Origin: a virus
Strand: one strand, 5' to 3'
Virus record (IMG/VR): IMGVR_UViG_3300022890_000019
Span: 10,218 to 74,217 of that record
DNA: 64,000 nt
This document shows, piece by piece, positions 7,524 to 17,300 of this stretch. The notes beneath the pieces are model-generated. The model was given only the letters and a program-made list of their open reading frames with translations. It had not been told where the DNA came from and ran no database searches. A program made the position numbers and the translations under genes. Within the stretch, counting starts at the first letter, position 1. Every line of letters starts with the position of its first letter.

Positions 7524-7743
7524 TAGTGTAGGAATAGACATAGACGCAATACCTAAAACAAAAAACTCTAATGATATGATAGATACAGATAGGTATTGTA
7601 CTATCTTTCACCTTTTGATGAAGTGGGAGACAGATATGAGTCCTTTCCTCTTACGTATCTACAATAAGTTTACCGAACAATCACAACACTTAATATTAAA
7701 AGATAACATAATACAACTATGGATACAGAAACAAAACCAGTAA
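7510..7743 (+). CDS. hypothetical protein
   Basis: Fills the gap between flanking genes with short overlaps. Confidence 0.45.
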   Translation: MDLFSSVGIDIDAIPKTKNSNDMIDTDRYCTIFHLLMKWETDMSPFLLRIYNKFTEQSQHLILKDNIIQLWIQKQNQ

Positions 7744-7976
7744 TATTTATTGATGACAGTCTAATGCTTCCTGACAACAGTCAGTGGGAAAAAAGATTTG
7801 AAGTAAAATCAGAAACCTCAGACAGAGTTTATATAGTAGCTCAGAACAAACAGAAAAGACACTGGGCATGCAGCTGTCCAGGCTGGAAGAGATACCGTAA
7901 ATGTAAGCATCTTCAAGAGATAGGATTACCTATCAATGAACAACCTCATGAAATAGAAATCAAATCAGCATATTAA
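7719..7976 (+). CDS. SWIM zinc-finger protein
   Basis: VKSETSDRVYIV...WACSCPGWKRYRKCKHL (CxC-x9-CxH). Confidence 0.85.
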   Translation: MDTETKPVIFIDDSLMLPDNSQWEKRFEVKSETSDRVYIVAQNKQKRHWACSCPGWKRYRKCKHLQEIGLPINEQPHEIEIKSAY

Positions 7977-7986
7977 AACCAATACT

Positions 7987-9036
7987 ATGAAAACAAGTTT
8001 ATATTTTAGTTCTGGTGGATCCGATAAGGAATACCATGTACAGATAGATAATGGAACAGTTACCGTTCAGTATGGTAGAAGAGGATCTGCTCTAACGCAG
8101 CTAACGAAATGTGAAAACCTAGACCCCGTAAAAGCCGAGAAGCTTTATCAGAAAATCATAAGAGATAAGAAAGGTAAAGGATATAGTGAAGGAGAGTCAG
8201 GTACTATCTATTCATCACCGGTAGATCCTAACCAGACAGGATACCAACCTCAGCTACTTAATGAGATTGACGAACCTACTATGAGACACCTCCTGGATAA
8301 TGATGACTGGCTCATACAAGAGAAAGAAGATGGTAGGAATGCAGGACTTATCTATAGAGATGGTAAAGTCATAGCTGCCAATAAAAAAGGTCTAGCGATC
8401 TCTGTACCGACTGATATAGTAAATCCTATAGTAGATATCTTTAAAGTAGATTTTACTCTCTGTGGTGAGCTAGTAGGTGATGTGTTCAAAGCCTGGGATA
8501 TCATCAACCATCCTTATATCTCTCATACTGTTCCTTACATCAGTAGGTATGAATTCCTTAAAACACATACTGACAAGCTAGGAGGTAGTAATATCATGCT
8601 TACCAAGACTGCTATCACGACACTAGAGAAGCATAACCTGTATAATGAACTTAAAGAGAGAAATGCAGAAGGCATGGTATTCAAACTTAAACATTCTCTA
8701 TATAGCCCTGGCAGACCTAATAGTGGTGGAGATCAGCTAAAGTTTAAGTTCACAGCTACCTGCTCAGTGATAGTAGGTAAGAAGCATGAAGAGAAAAGGT
8801 CTGTTATGATGTGGATGTTCGACAAAGGAAATAGGATATTTGTTGGTAATGTTACTATCTATCCTAATCAGGAAATACCAAAAGAAGGATCAGTCATTGA
8901 GGTAAGGTATCTCTATGCTTACCCTAATGGTGGTAGTCTCTTCCAACCTGTATATCTAAATCCTAGAAATGATGTAGAACAGATGGAATGTACTATGTCA
9001 CAGCTAAAGTATAAAGCTGGACTTGTCACTGCTTAG
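7987..9036 (+). CDS. ATP-dependent DNA ligase with N-terminal WGR domain and C-terminal OB fold
   Basis: WGR-like SDKEYHV...QYGRRG...KKGKGY. Ligase motif I QEKEDG, III LCGEL, IIIa FKAWDI, IV EGMVFK, V LKFK. OB region EVRYLY...SLFQPVY..PRND. Confidence 0.85.
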   Translation: MKTSLYFSSGGSDKEYHVQIDNGTVTVQYGRRGSALTQLTKCENLDPVKAEKLYQKIIRDKKGKGYSEGESGTIYSSPVDPNQTGYQPQLLNEIDEPTMRHLLDNDDWLIQEKEDGRNAGLIYRDGKVIAANKKGLAISVPTDIVNPIVDIFKVDFTLCGELVGDVFKAWDIINHPYISHTVPYISRYEFLKTHTDKLGGSNIMLTKTAITTLEKHNLYNELKERNAEGMVFKLKHSLYSPGRPNSGGDQLKFKFTATCSVIVGKKHEEKRSVMMWMFDKGNRIFVGNVTIYPNQEIPKEGSVIEVRYLYAYPNGGSLFQPVYLNPRNDVEQMECTMSQLKYKAGLVTA

Positions 9037-9038
9037 CT

Positions 9039-9347
9039 ATGAATGCCTTTACAGATAATTATAAACGCTATGATCCGGAAAGAGAAGGATACGGTGGTGC
9101 TAGCCAGTGGAGAAGAAATTTCTACAAGAGAGTATCACCAGATGAAGCTACTAGAATCCTTAACGAGAAAGATCCTTATGAAATCCTCGGTGTACGAAGG
9201 AATACTACCAAAGAGGAAGTTAAAAAAGCATACCACAAGCTTGCTATGCAATGGCATCCTGACAAGAACCCAGGAAACATCAAGCAAGCTGAAGCTATGT
9301 TCAAGCAGATTAATGCAGCTTATTCACTATTAATATCTTATTTATAA
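9039..9347 (+). CDS. J-domain (DnaJ-like) co-chaperone
   Basis: DPYEILGV...[18 protein letters not shown]...FKQINAAY with intact HPD. Confidence 0.93.
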   Translation: MNAFTDNYKRYDPEREGYGGASQWRRNFYKRVSPDEATRILNEKDPYEILGVRRNTTKEEVKKAYHKLAMQWHPDKNPGNIKQAEAMFKQINAAYSLLISYL

Positions 9348-9359
9348 ATAATAATAACT

Positions 9360-9836
9360 ATGAACATTGAAGATTTTAAAATGGATTCAGTTAAGATACT
9401 GAACGATGACGTATCAATTGTGTACCATACCAGTACCGATGATGCAAAGAGAACCTACGATAAGAAGATCAAAGAGCTAAAGCCTCATCCTGACTTCTAT
9501 GCTAAACTAAAGGCCTTTAAGCTTGATTACCTGGCTATCTTTGGATTCAAAGAAGAAGATATGGAGTCTACTATCAAAGGTATCTCTGCTAACAAAAAGA
9601 ATCAGATACAGATCAGTGGTATGATTAGTACTATGAATAACATACCTTGTAACCTGAATACTCCCTATGTCTCCAAAGAGTCAGAAGAGATGTCCTCAGA
9701 AGAAGAAGTCATCGATAAGAACCTGGAAGGACTCCGGACAGAAGCCTGGAAATATATTTGGGAGAGAAAGTCTAATCAGACAGAGATGGATTTTGATGGT
9801 GAAAAAAAAGAAGAGGAAACTCCTCCGGAAAAGTAA
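9360..9836 (+). CDS. hypothetical protein with acidic C-terminal tail
   Basis: Contains PHPDF and NLNTP motifs; co-oriented with neighbours. Confidence 0.65.
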   Translation: MNIEDFKMDSVKILNDDVSIVYHTSTDDAKRTYDKKIKELKPHPDFYAKLKAFKLDYLAIFGFKEEDMESTIKGISANKKNQIQISGMISTMNNIPCNLNTPYVSKESEEMSSEEEVIDKNLEGLRTEAWKYIWERKSNQTEMDFDGEKKEEETPPEK

Positions 9837-9868
9837 TTTGTTATGTTGTTTAATTAATTTAGATGTGT

Positions 9869-9960
9869 AGGTTAAAACTGAGGCCTGAGAGACACGATAG
9901 TCCTTTTTCAGTAGTTTACTCATAGAATAAACGAAAGTCTCGTCAGGCTTCTATTAACCT
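9869..9960. other. long intergenic stem-loop
   Basis: Nested pairs AGGTTAA/TTAACCT, AGGCCTGA/TCAGGCTT, GAGAC/GTCTC and inner GTTTA/TAAAC. Confidence 0.65.
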
Positions 9961-9976
9961 TTAAATAAGACCATAT

Positions 9977-10276
9977 ATGCCATACATAGACAGAACAGTT
10001 AATAAAATACCTAGTAATGCCATAAAAGCATCCTTAGATGATGTATCAGAACTCTATAATGATCACTGTAGAGATAGAAAGCACAAAGAAGTAACAGTAT
10101 ATTGTAAGTCTACCATCACTGACCTCATCCATAAGTATAGGCTAAACGACAACTGGCAGTGGATAATACCCTTTATAGAGATAGGTAAGTGCTATGTGGT
10201 AAAGAAAAAACCCTCCTCAGCAAAGCCAAAGAGGGTAAAACCCAATACTACGATAAAAGATAAATTACTATTCTAA
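9977..10276 (+). CDS. hypothetical protein (last gene of + arm)
   Basis: ORF; its 3' end overlaps the terminator of the opposite arm. Confidence 0.45.
   Translation: MPYIDRTVNKIPSNAIKASLDDVSELYNDHCRDRKHKEVTVYCKSTITDLIHKYRLNDNWQWIIPFIEIGKCYVVKKKPSSAKPKRVKPNTTIKDKLLF
10203..10240 (-). terminator. intrinsic terminator ending the virion-gene arm
   Basis: Minus strand reads ACCCTCTTTGGC-TTT-GCTGAGGAGGGT followed by TTTTTCTT, at the convergence of the two arms. Confidence 0.75.
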
Positions 10277-10567
10277 GCCACTAAGCTTCTTAAAGAGTTT
10301 TATCAGCTCTTCTTTAGACAGCTTATCTAAGTCTACCGCTATAGTAGAAAAATACAATTCACTGACTGACTTCAAAGAGTTATTACCTGTATTCTTTAAT
10401 ACTATATCTCCTAGGACAGATAACACCTCTTGACCTTTCTTGTTAGTAACGATAAACATGTTCTCAGGATCTTTAAAGTCCGGTTTTAATTTAAGAATAG
10501 GATTACCTTCTTTCTTTCCTTTTAACTTGTCAAGGATACTTTTGTTCTTTTGTTCTTTTTCTTCCAT
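10268..10567 (-). CDS. hypothetical protein
   Basis: Lys-rich ORF co-oriented with the fibre gene. Confidence 0.6.
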   Translation of the reverse strand: MEEKEQKNKSILDKLKGKKEGNPILKLKPDFKDPENMFIVTNKKGQEVLSVLGDIVLKNTGNNSLKSVSELYFSTIAVDLDKLSKEELIKLFKKLSGLE

Positions 10568-10585
10568 TATATTATGTTTTTAAGT

Positions 10586-12682
10586 TTATGGTGCTGATAT
10601 TTCATTGCTCATATATACAAAGGTAGCCATAATCTGAATGTCATCAGCATCACCAGTACCTCCATTCTTATCTACCTTTACCTCTATCAAATCTCCGTAT
10701 GCTGCAGTGTTTTTTGTAGTTATTATATCTATACCTGTTTCATTAAGAGTTGTAGTAACTAACAGTCCCTTATTGGTATTAGAGGTAGAAATATAATCTG
10801 TAACAGTAGCACCAATACGTAGGTTGACAATAGGATCTACAGTACCGTCATCAGATTTATTGATAACAGAGAAATATACTAGTTTAGCATCTGGCTTTAA
10901 CCATTGGAATCCTCCTGTACGAATACTGAATGTATCTAATACCGTAGTAATAGTATTTGCATTATAATTAGCTATAGGACCAAACAAAATAGATTCAGTA
11001 CATACCCTATCATAACCACCTATCCAAAGTCCTTCTAGCTCGTCAGCAGCTACTACCAGAGGATCTCCTTTGATGTCTATATAGGTAGCTGTTATATCAT
11101 CTATTACCGCATAACGATAACTGGTATCACTATCTAGTTTAAACCTTACAGACATACCTTTTGCATAGTAATTTGTCAAGTCAATAGTAGCTATCCTAGA
11201 AGTAGAACTTGGAGTTTCTGTATAGTCTGTTCCCGGGACAAGATAAGCCCAATTAGAATCTTTTCCACTATTTACATAAGCCATAGGAATTTTTACAGTC
11301 CTATCCGATTGATTAATATCAGTGATAGCCATATAAGATCTAGAATTAATATCATCAGGACTAATGCTAGGTGTATCCAAATTTGAAATATCCATTGCTA
11401 AAGAGATATAATTCCCTGCATCAGTAAATTCTATCCCTCCTTGTATTGTAGGTCGTAATACTCCTGAACCTCCACTATAAAGGTAACCAGGAGCTGCAAC
11501 TGCATCTACTGCTACAAGTTCATCACCAGCAGCACCAGAGACAGCAGCCCATACTGGAACATCACTAACTCCAAAATCAAATTTAAGAAAATGAGCAGCA
11601 CCAGCAGCAGCTAGTCTCTTCCATTCTGTACCATCATGATATAAGATATCTCCTTTAACACCTGTACCAAACAACTTAGTCTGAAAGACAGGTACCGTAT
11701 TACTTTGTATCTGGTTACTAGCATCTAATCCTATCAAAGTAATTATTGCATCAGTAGAAGGAGTATCTATCTGTAACGTTCCTGTCAACTCAGCATCACC
11801 ACCTATCTTAGCTGCCATACTTGCTATTGCAGCACATCCTATTCCTATCGTTCCAAAGGCAGCAGCACCACCCCATCCAAGCATCACATCTCCACCTGCT
11901 TCAGTAGCAGTAATATAGATGTCTCCTGCAACGCCTTCTCCGGCACCCTTTCCAGAATATAAAAGAAGATTACCACCATCAGAGTTTGCTGCTACATAGC
12001 TAGAAGCTCCTGCAGCAATAGTTAAATCTTTACCATCACCATCAGTAGTAATTTCTACAACCATACTTCTTGCACTATTGTTATCAAATACAAAGTCTCC
12101 TGCATGGATATCACCATAGTCTAAATCTAGATCATCTCCTGCATTTACAGGACTTAATATACCTGCTGCTCTTTCCCATAGTACGGCACCTATTAAGAAA
12201 GCTGAAATATCAGCAAGTTTAGGAGTATTATCAGTAGCATCATTAATTAGCACTTTATCAGTAGCAGGAACAAATGTTACTGTAGATAGGTTGCTAGGAT
12301 CCATCTCTATCTGAAAGTCCATACCTGTACTCCCTGCATTATCTTTAGGAGTCAGCTTTAACCCACCCTTCTCCACCGCAGTATCTATAGTACCTGCCAC
12401 TGTACCATCAGCACCTACCATAAAAGGTAGTTGGTGAGGTCTTACTACCGTCTGCATAGAGGTAGCACTAGCACTGGTCCTTGCTATAGCATTAGCATTG
12501 GTAGCTAGCTTTACCAACCCTTGAGCTCCTTCTCCGGCAGTGTCACCTACCTCATCGAAGAAAGGCATAGAATCTAATAGATTTCTATATAGCATCTCAT
12601 CGGGTTTGTTATATTGACGTAATCTCTTTCCTGAAGAAGTAGGATTAGATTGGAAAAAATAATTTCTTGAACGTTTAGACAT
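10586..12682 (-). CDS. tail fibre / receptor-binding protein
   Basis: Gly/Ala/Thr-rich. Contains GLVKLAT, GKDLTIAAG...GGNLLLYSGKG and GDILYHDGTEWKRL fibre-type motifs. Lies after hub-like genes. Confidence 0.7.
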   Translation of the reverse strand: MSKRSRNYFFQSNPTSSGKRLRQYNKPDEMLYRNLLDSMPFFDEVGDTAGEGAQGLVKLATNANAIARTSASATSMQTVVRPHQLPFMVGADGTVAGTIDTAVEKGGLKLTPKDNAGSTGMDFQIEMDPSNLSTVTFVPATDKVLINDATDNTPKLADISAFLIGAVLWERAAGILSPVNAGDDLDLDYGDIHAGDFVFDNNSARSMVVEITTDGDGKDLTIAAGASSYVAANSDGGNLLLYSGKGAGEGVAGDIYITATEAGGDVMLGWGGAAAFGTIGIGCAAIASMAAKIGGDAELTGTLQIDTPSTDAIITLIGLDASNQIQSNTVPVFQTKLFGTGVKGDILYHDGTEWKRLAAAGAAHFLKFDFGVSDVPVWAAVSGAAGDELVAVDAVAAPGYLYSGGSGVLRPTIQGGIEFTDAGNYISLAMDISNLDTPSISPDDINSRSYMAITDINQSDRTVKIPMAYVNSGKDSNWAYLVPGTDYTETPSSTSRIATIDLTNYYAKGMSVRFKLDSDTSYRYAVIDDITATYIDIKGDPLVVAADELEGLWIGGYDRVCTESILFGPIANYNANTITTVLDTFSIRTGGFQWLKPDAKLVYFSVINKSDDGTVDPIVNLRIGATVTDYISTSNTNKGLLVTTTLNETGIDIITTKNTAAYGDLIEVKVDKNGGTGDADDIQIMATFVYMSNEISAP

Positions 12683-12699
12683 AATAGTATTGTTTAAAA

Positions 12700-13188
12700 T
12701 TAAAATACTCTGTTGATAGGATCTGTAGTACCTGATATCTGCATGTATCCTATTCCATCTTGATCTTGCTCTACATAGTATAGGTCAAACAGTTCAAATA
12801 TTTTGAGTATCGTAGCTACACTATACCCCTTGCAGTAGAATTTGTTTTGTATGTCTACAGTACAATAGGCATCTATATAATATTGTGTTCCTTTATCTAA
12901 TCCGGTAACACTTATCTCAGCGTCAAACTCCCTCTCTACTTGTATCATCTCAAGAAAGAGTAGTAAGTGATGTAGGTCCATCAACTGTTGAGCCTTACAT
13001 TTATCTTTATTACCAAAGACCTCGCTAGTAACTAAGTCGTCAAAGACTGCATTAGCTTCATCAAAGATAAGATTCCAGAAAGCTATTCTTTTCTCATCTC
13101 TGTCTTTAACCTGTATGTAACCACAGCAATCTATCTTATACATCACAATTGGGTTAGCTAATTGTGGTGATGGTGGTTTATATCCCAT
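12700..13188 (-). CDS. virion structural protein (tail hub-like)
   Basis: Cys-containing helical protein ending GIGYMQI, paired with the upstream Cys-rich gene. Assignment is by resemblance and context. Confidence 0.4.
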   Translation of the reverse strand: MGYKPPSPQLANPIVMYKIDCCGYIQVKDRDEKRIAFWNLIFDEANAVFDDLVTSEVFGNKDKCKAQQLMDLHHLLLFLEMIQVEREFDAEISVTGLDKGTQYYIDAYCTVDIQNKFYCKGYSVATILKIFELFDLYYVEQDQDGIGYMQISGTTDPINRVF

Positions 13189-13191
13189 ATC

Positions 13192-14286
13192 CTAGCAGGT
13201 TATGTCATTACTCTCTGCTGAATTGCAAAGACCACAACGGTTAGTAATTACTTTTAGCTTGTCTACCATACGACCTACCTGAGCCACATAGTTCTCTCTT
13301 GTTTCATCGATAGAGCCCATACCCATATACTGAAACTTGTCTACAGTGATATATTCTTCAATCTGCTTATACATCCCCCAGATGAGATTCATATCATATC
13401 TTCTCTGAGCTATATTGTAAGTATCCTCACAGTCTTCATCACAAGGATCATTACACTTACAGATGACATATTTAAAGAGATTCTTGTAGCAGGTCTCTGC
13501 ATCACAAAGATCATAGATGAGAAGTTGTGCTTTTAGCTCATCGGAAGTGTCAGTACTCTCCTGACCCCAGATTTCTACATAATAGACTCCATCATCACCA
13601 TCAGTATAATCTTCTAGGTCAATATTTATCTCTCCTCCACTGAACACTAGCTCATCGTCAAGTAATGTTCCATCATATCGATATAGCTTTACCTCTCCTA
13701 CCGTAATCGTTGCTCCACTGTTATCTGTAATAGTATGTTTATGACATGCTGTCTTAGTTATTGAATAGGCAGGACAGTTAGTCTCTACGTTTATCTCTGA
13801 CCAGGTATAATCTTGATCTTCTGTTACTATAGAGTATACAAAGAGATCATAGATGTCTAAGCCTGTAGTAAAAGTACCGTCTAAAGGATTTGTCTCTCCT
13901 ATAGCAATCAACCCCCATCCAGTAGTACCAAAGGCACCAGGCTCCCCAGAAGGGATAGCAGCACTCTGATAGTAGAAGTATCCATCATGCCACACTATCT
14001 TATACTCTGTACTTGAATTATAGGTAGCAGTACCACTCCATATATCTGTAACAAAAGCTTTGATAGTGATAAGTGTCTTGTTGGTAGAAGGGATTGACCA
14101 GTCCGTATTATTGTATATATCATACCCATCTATAGAAGTGTAGAGATCGGAGGTATAGAACAATGCCACACCTAGATCTGACCTTTCTAATGTCTCATAG
14201 GGATAAATGGTAAGATCCTCTATAAAGATATAAGTACAATCTTGATCAGGATCAGCAAATATTCGAAAATTTAAGTCAGTAATCAT
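13192..14286 (-). CDS. virion structural protein (tail hub-like, Cys-rich C-terminus)
   Basis: Beta-rich N-part with DGVY, then LCDAETC...CKCNDPC...RCGLC. Confidence 0.45.
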   Translation of the reverse strand: MITDLNFRIFADPDQDCTYIFIEDLTIYPYETLERSDLGVALFYTSDLYTSIDGYDIYNNTDWSIPSTNKTLITIKAFVTDIWSGTATYNSSTEYKIVWHDGYFYYQSAAIPSGEPGAFGTTGWGLIAIGETNPLDGTFTTGLDIYDLFVYSIVTEDQDYTWSEINVETNCPAYSITKTACHKHTITDNSGATITVGEVKLYRYDGTLLDDELVFSGGEINIDLEDYTDGDDGVYYVEIWGQESTDTSDELKAQLLIYDLCDAETCYKNLFKYVICKCNDPCDEDCEDTYNIAQRRYDMNLIWGMYKQIEEYITVDKFQYMGMGSIDETRENYVAQVGRMVDKLKVITNRCGLCNSAESNDITC

Positions 14287-14302
14287 AATAGTGTAATTTA
14301 TA

Positions 14303-14333
14303 CAAATTTAATATATCATTTATTCTTTGTCAA
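14303..14333 (-). promoter_or_regulatory. Bacteroidota-type promoter for hub/fibre genes
   Basis: Minus strand TTG-N20-TAAATTTG in the 47-bp gap after the giant gene. Confidence 0.7.
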
Positions 14334-17300
14334 CTAATAATCTGATTCTTTAACATCTCTGATTCCTAAACTAGGGAATGGGTCACTAATAGATCCTATA
14401 GCTGTTCTGTATTTTAGAATGTCTTTTACCTTCTTAGGACCAAAAGTAGCATCAACAATATCTAGTAAAATAGAAGTTACAGGGAAAGGATTTAAGAACC
14501 AGTCATAAGAAATCATCATCATATTAAGATCTTTGTACATCCAGTTTAACTTGATAAGCTTTTTGTCATTATCTTTTCCTACCACAGCTCCACTAAGAGC
14601 AATTAAGAGAGAAAATACAGCAGTCTTAATAACAGTACGTGCTAAATTAAGTCTTCTCATAGGAGTCTGATTTTTCCACCAGGAGTCTAAGCCTTCATTC
14701 CTCATATTGGCTATTCCCTGTACAGCACCTACGAAGCTCTGCCATGCACCTTCTATCTCTATCCAATCTCTCTGAGTAACCCACTCACCATTTTCTAACT
14801 GTATTGCTTTAAAGCCTGCTCCAAAAGAAGTTTTTCTTGGAGATGCAAAAAGACCTGCATTCCATATTTTATCTGCTGAGAATACTCTAAACTGAGAAGC
14901 AGCAGCACCTAGATAGTCATTACCTAATAACCACTTAGCAGTATTGTCCATACTACCTATAATAAATTTATCTCCATACCATTTTAATTGTTCTGAAGCT
15001 AGGGTATGATCATGTCCTCGATCTACTTTGGTAGCATCTTCTTCCATAAGACCCTGATCCTTTAACCTATTTTTAAGACCGTTTGGACCTTCTACTAGTA
15101 CCTCTTGCTCTTTAGTCTGGGTACCATCTTCATTATAATATCTTTCGTCTTTTTTGATATCATACTGTATGTCTCCTTTTTCATTAAGAGAATAAGCATC
15201 CCAACTACCCTCATGAATCATCCATCCTGCCATACCTACTAATCTAGCTTCTGCATCAGAAGCCCAGTTAGTGATATGAGCCCACTGATCATTAAGAATA
15301 TTCCCTTTGTTAGCTACATTAAGCCATGGACTATCTATAAGGTCTCTTTCTGTACGATTTACTAACTGGAACATAGCACCGAGTCTTCTAGCTTTTTTGA
15401 AGTTAGTAGCTACTTCATATCTTGCTTTATTAACATCTCCTGTAGTAGGCAGATAGATTTTTTGTGATTCATCTAATCCTATATTTGCAATAGAGGCAGC
15501 TAAAGCATTTATCTGTTCACTCATTTCATTCCATATACCTGACTTAGCACCTATAGTCCACTTGTATCCTAGAGAGATCATACTGAATGCACTAAGAGTA
15601 GCTCTAGCAAATGTTTTAACATCTACTGTTACCCCACCGGGAAGAGTGATCTTAACAGAAGTATCTTCATTCTTTTTCATAGCTAACCTATTGCTAAACA
15701 TTTCAGCAAATCTTCTGTTGTTTACCATGAAGTCTTTAGAGTTCTTAGTAGATTCAAAGTATCCATAGACAGCATCTACATCATTAAAAGCAGGCATATA
15801 TCTATTTTCATATTCTTCTGTGCGGATCCCTTCCAATGTGTAATAGTTAATTATCTTCTCTAGGTTCGTACTTGCTAGCATATTTTTAGATAAGTCTGCT
15901 ACCGTTAAGCCATTCTTAGTATATAATAGTCCTGCTTGTTCATAAAGCTTATCCTTACTATTCATCTGTGAAGCAAAAACATTACTGATAGTATTCATAC
16001 CGCTAGTGAAAGCCATACGACTTTTATCATTTAAGTTGTCATCGATAAACTCATCATAGTTAACAAACCTTTGACCCATCCTATCCCAGGCAGCTTTGAA
16101 GTTCCCTGATAACAATGTTTCATTTAGTCCTTTAGAGATAATAACCATAGTTCCCTTTTCTACAGATTCATCAAACTCTTTAGCAACCTCTGCCTTACTG
16201 ATCTTTGAATTACCGAAAACATCTTTACCTTTTATATCACTTGTTCTACTATGATACCAGTTATCGATAGTCCTCTGACGGAATGTCTTCCATACTACCT
16301 CCATCAGTGCTTTGTCATCTTCATTATGCTTAGGATTATTAAAGTCTAATATAGGAAGCATTATAGGTACAGTCTCCCCTTTCTTATAGGTTTTAAGACC
16401 TACCTTCTGGTCTTTCTCAAGGGTAAGGGTAGTGTGCTTAAATAAATGCTTATAATAAACACTACCTTCATCTTTAATTAGTGTTTCAGCAGCTACCTGT
16501 GGATGTAAAGCAATATAATTTTTGGCTACTTTCTGTGCTTTATCATATATCTGATTATGTATCTTCATGTAACGATCTACGACTATAGAATTAACAAGTC
16601 TACCTTTAGATACTAGCATCTGTAAAAGATCATCTCTTACATTGTGGATAGGTACAAGATTCTTTTCGAACTTATTCATATCCTTGATAGAGTTTTTAAA
16701 GAAAACAGCTCCATAGCTTTCAAGTTCTAAGATACTCATAGAGACAAGAAGATCTTCATGATCTTTTTCTTTTTTATCTCTATTCCTGCCCCGTAAATCT
16801 TTCTGCAGTGCTCTTAATGCTTTTACCTGATCATGAACAGTAGTATTCCTATCCATAAATAGCGTTGAGAGGCTTTCTGCTCTATTGACATATCCATATC
16901 CATACTTGCGATATCCTTCATCATCCATAACTTTCTTTAGATACATCTGGAACCTTCTTACGAAAGACTGTTCGTATTTTGTACTATCAGAGATTTTCTT
17001 GTCTGTGAATATATCTTTAACATCATCATTAACTAGGTTATTTAACCATTCATCTTGCTGAGACAGTACATTCATATTGCTAAACATATCCTGGATGTCT
17101 AACATCATATAAGACTTAACATTGCTAGGTTGTATTTCTAGCACTCCCATGCCTCTGAACTTAACCTTACCACCACTAGCCTTCATCATGTTCATTATAG
17201 ACATAGAGAGGATAGCTCTTCTGATATCGTATGCTGAGTTACTCCAAGTACCACCAGCTTCTATAAACTTATTATCTGTCATCATAGTACCTAACAGTCT

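Noticed and set aside
9869-9960. Hammerhead ribozyme (CTGACGA on the minus strand, CGAAA on the plus strand)
   Set aside because: The core elements lie on opposite strands and do not form the required three-way junction.
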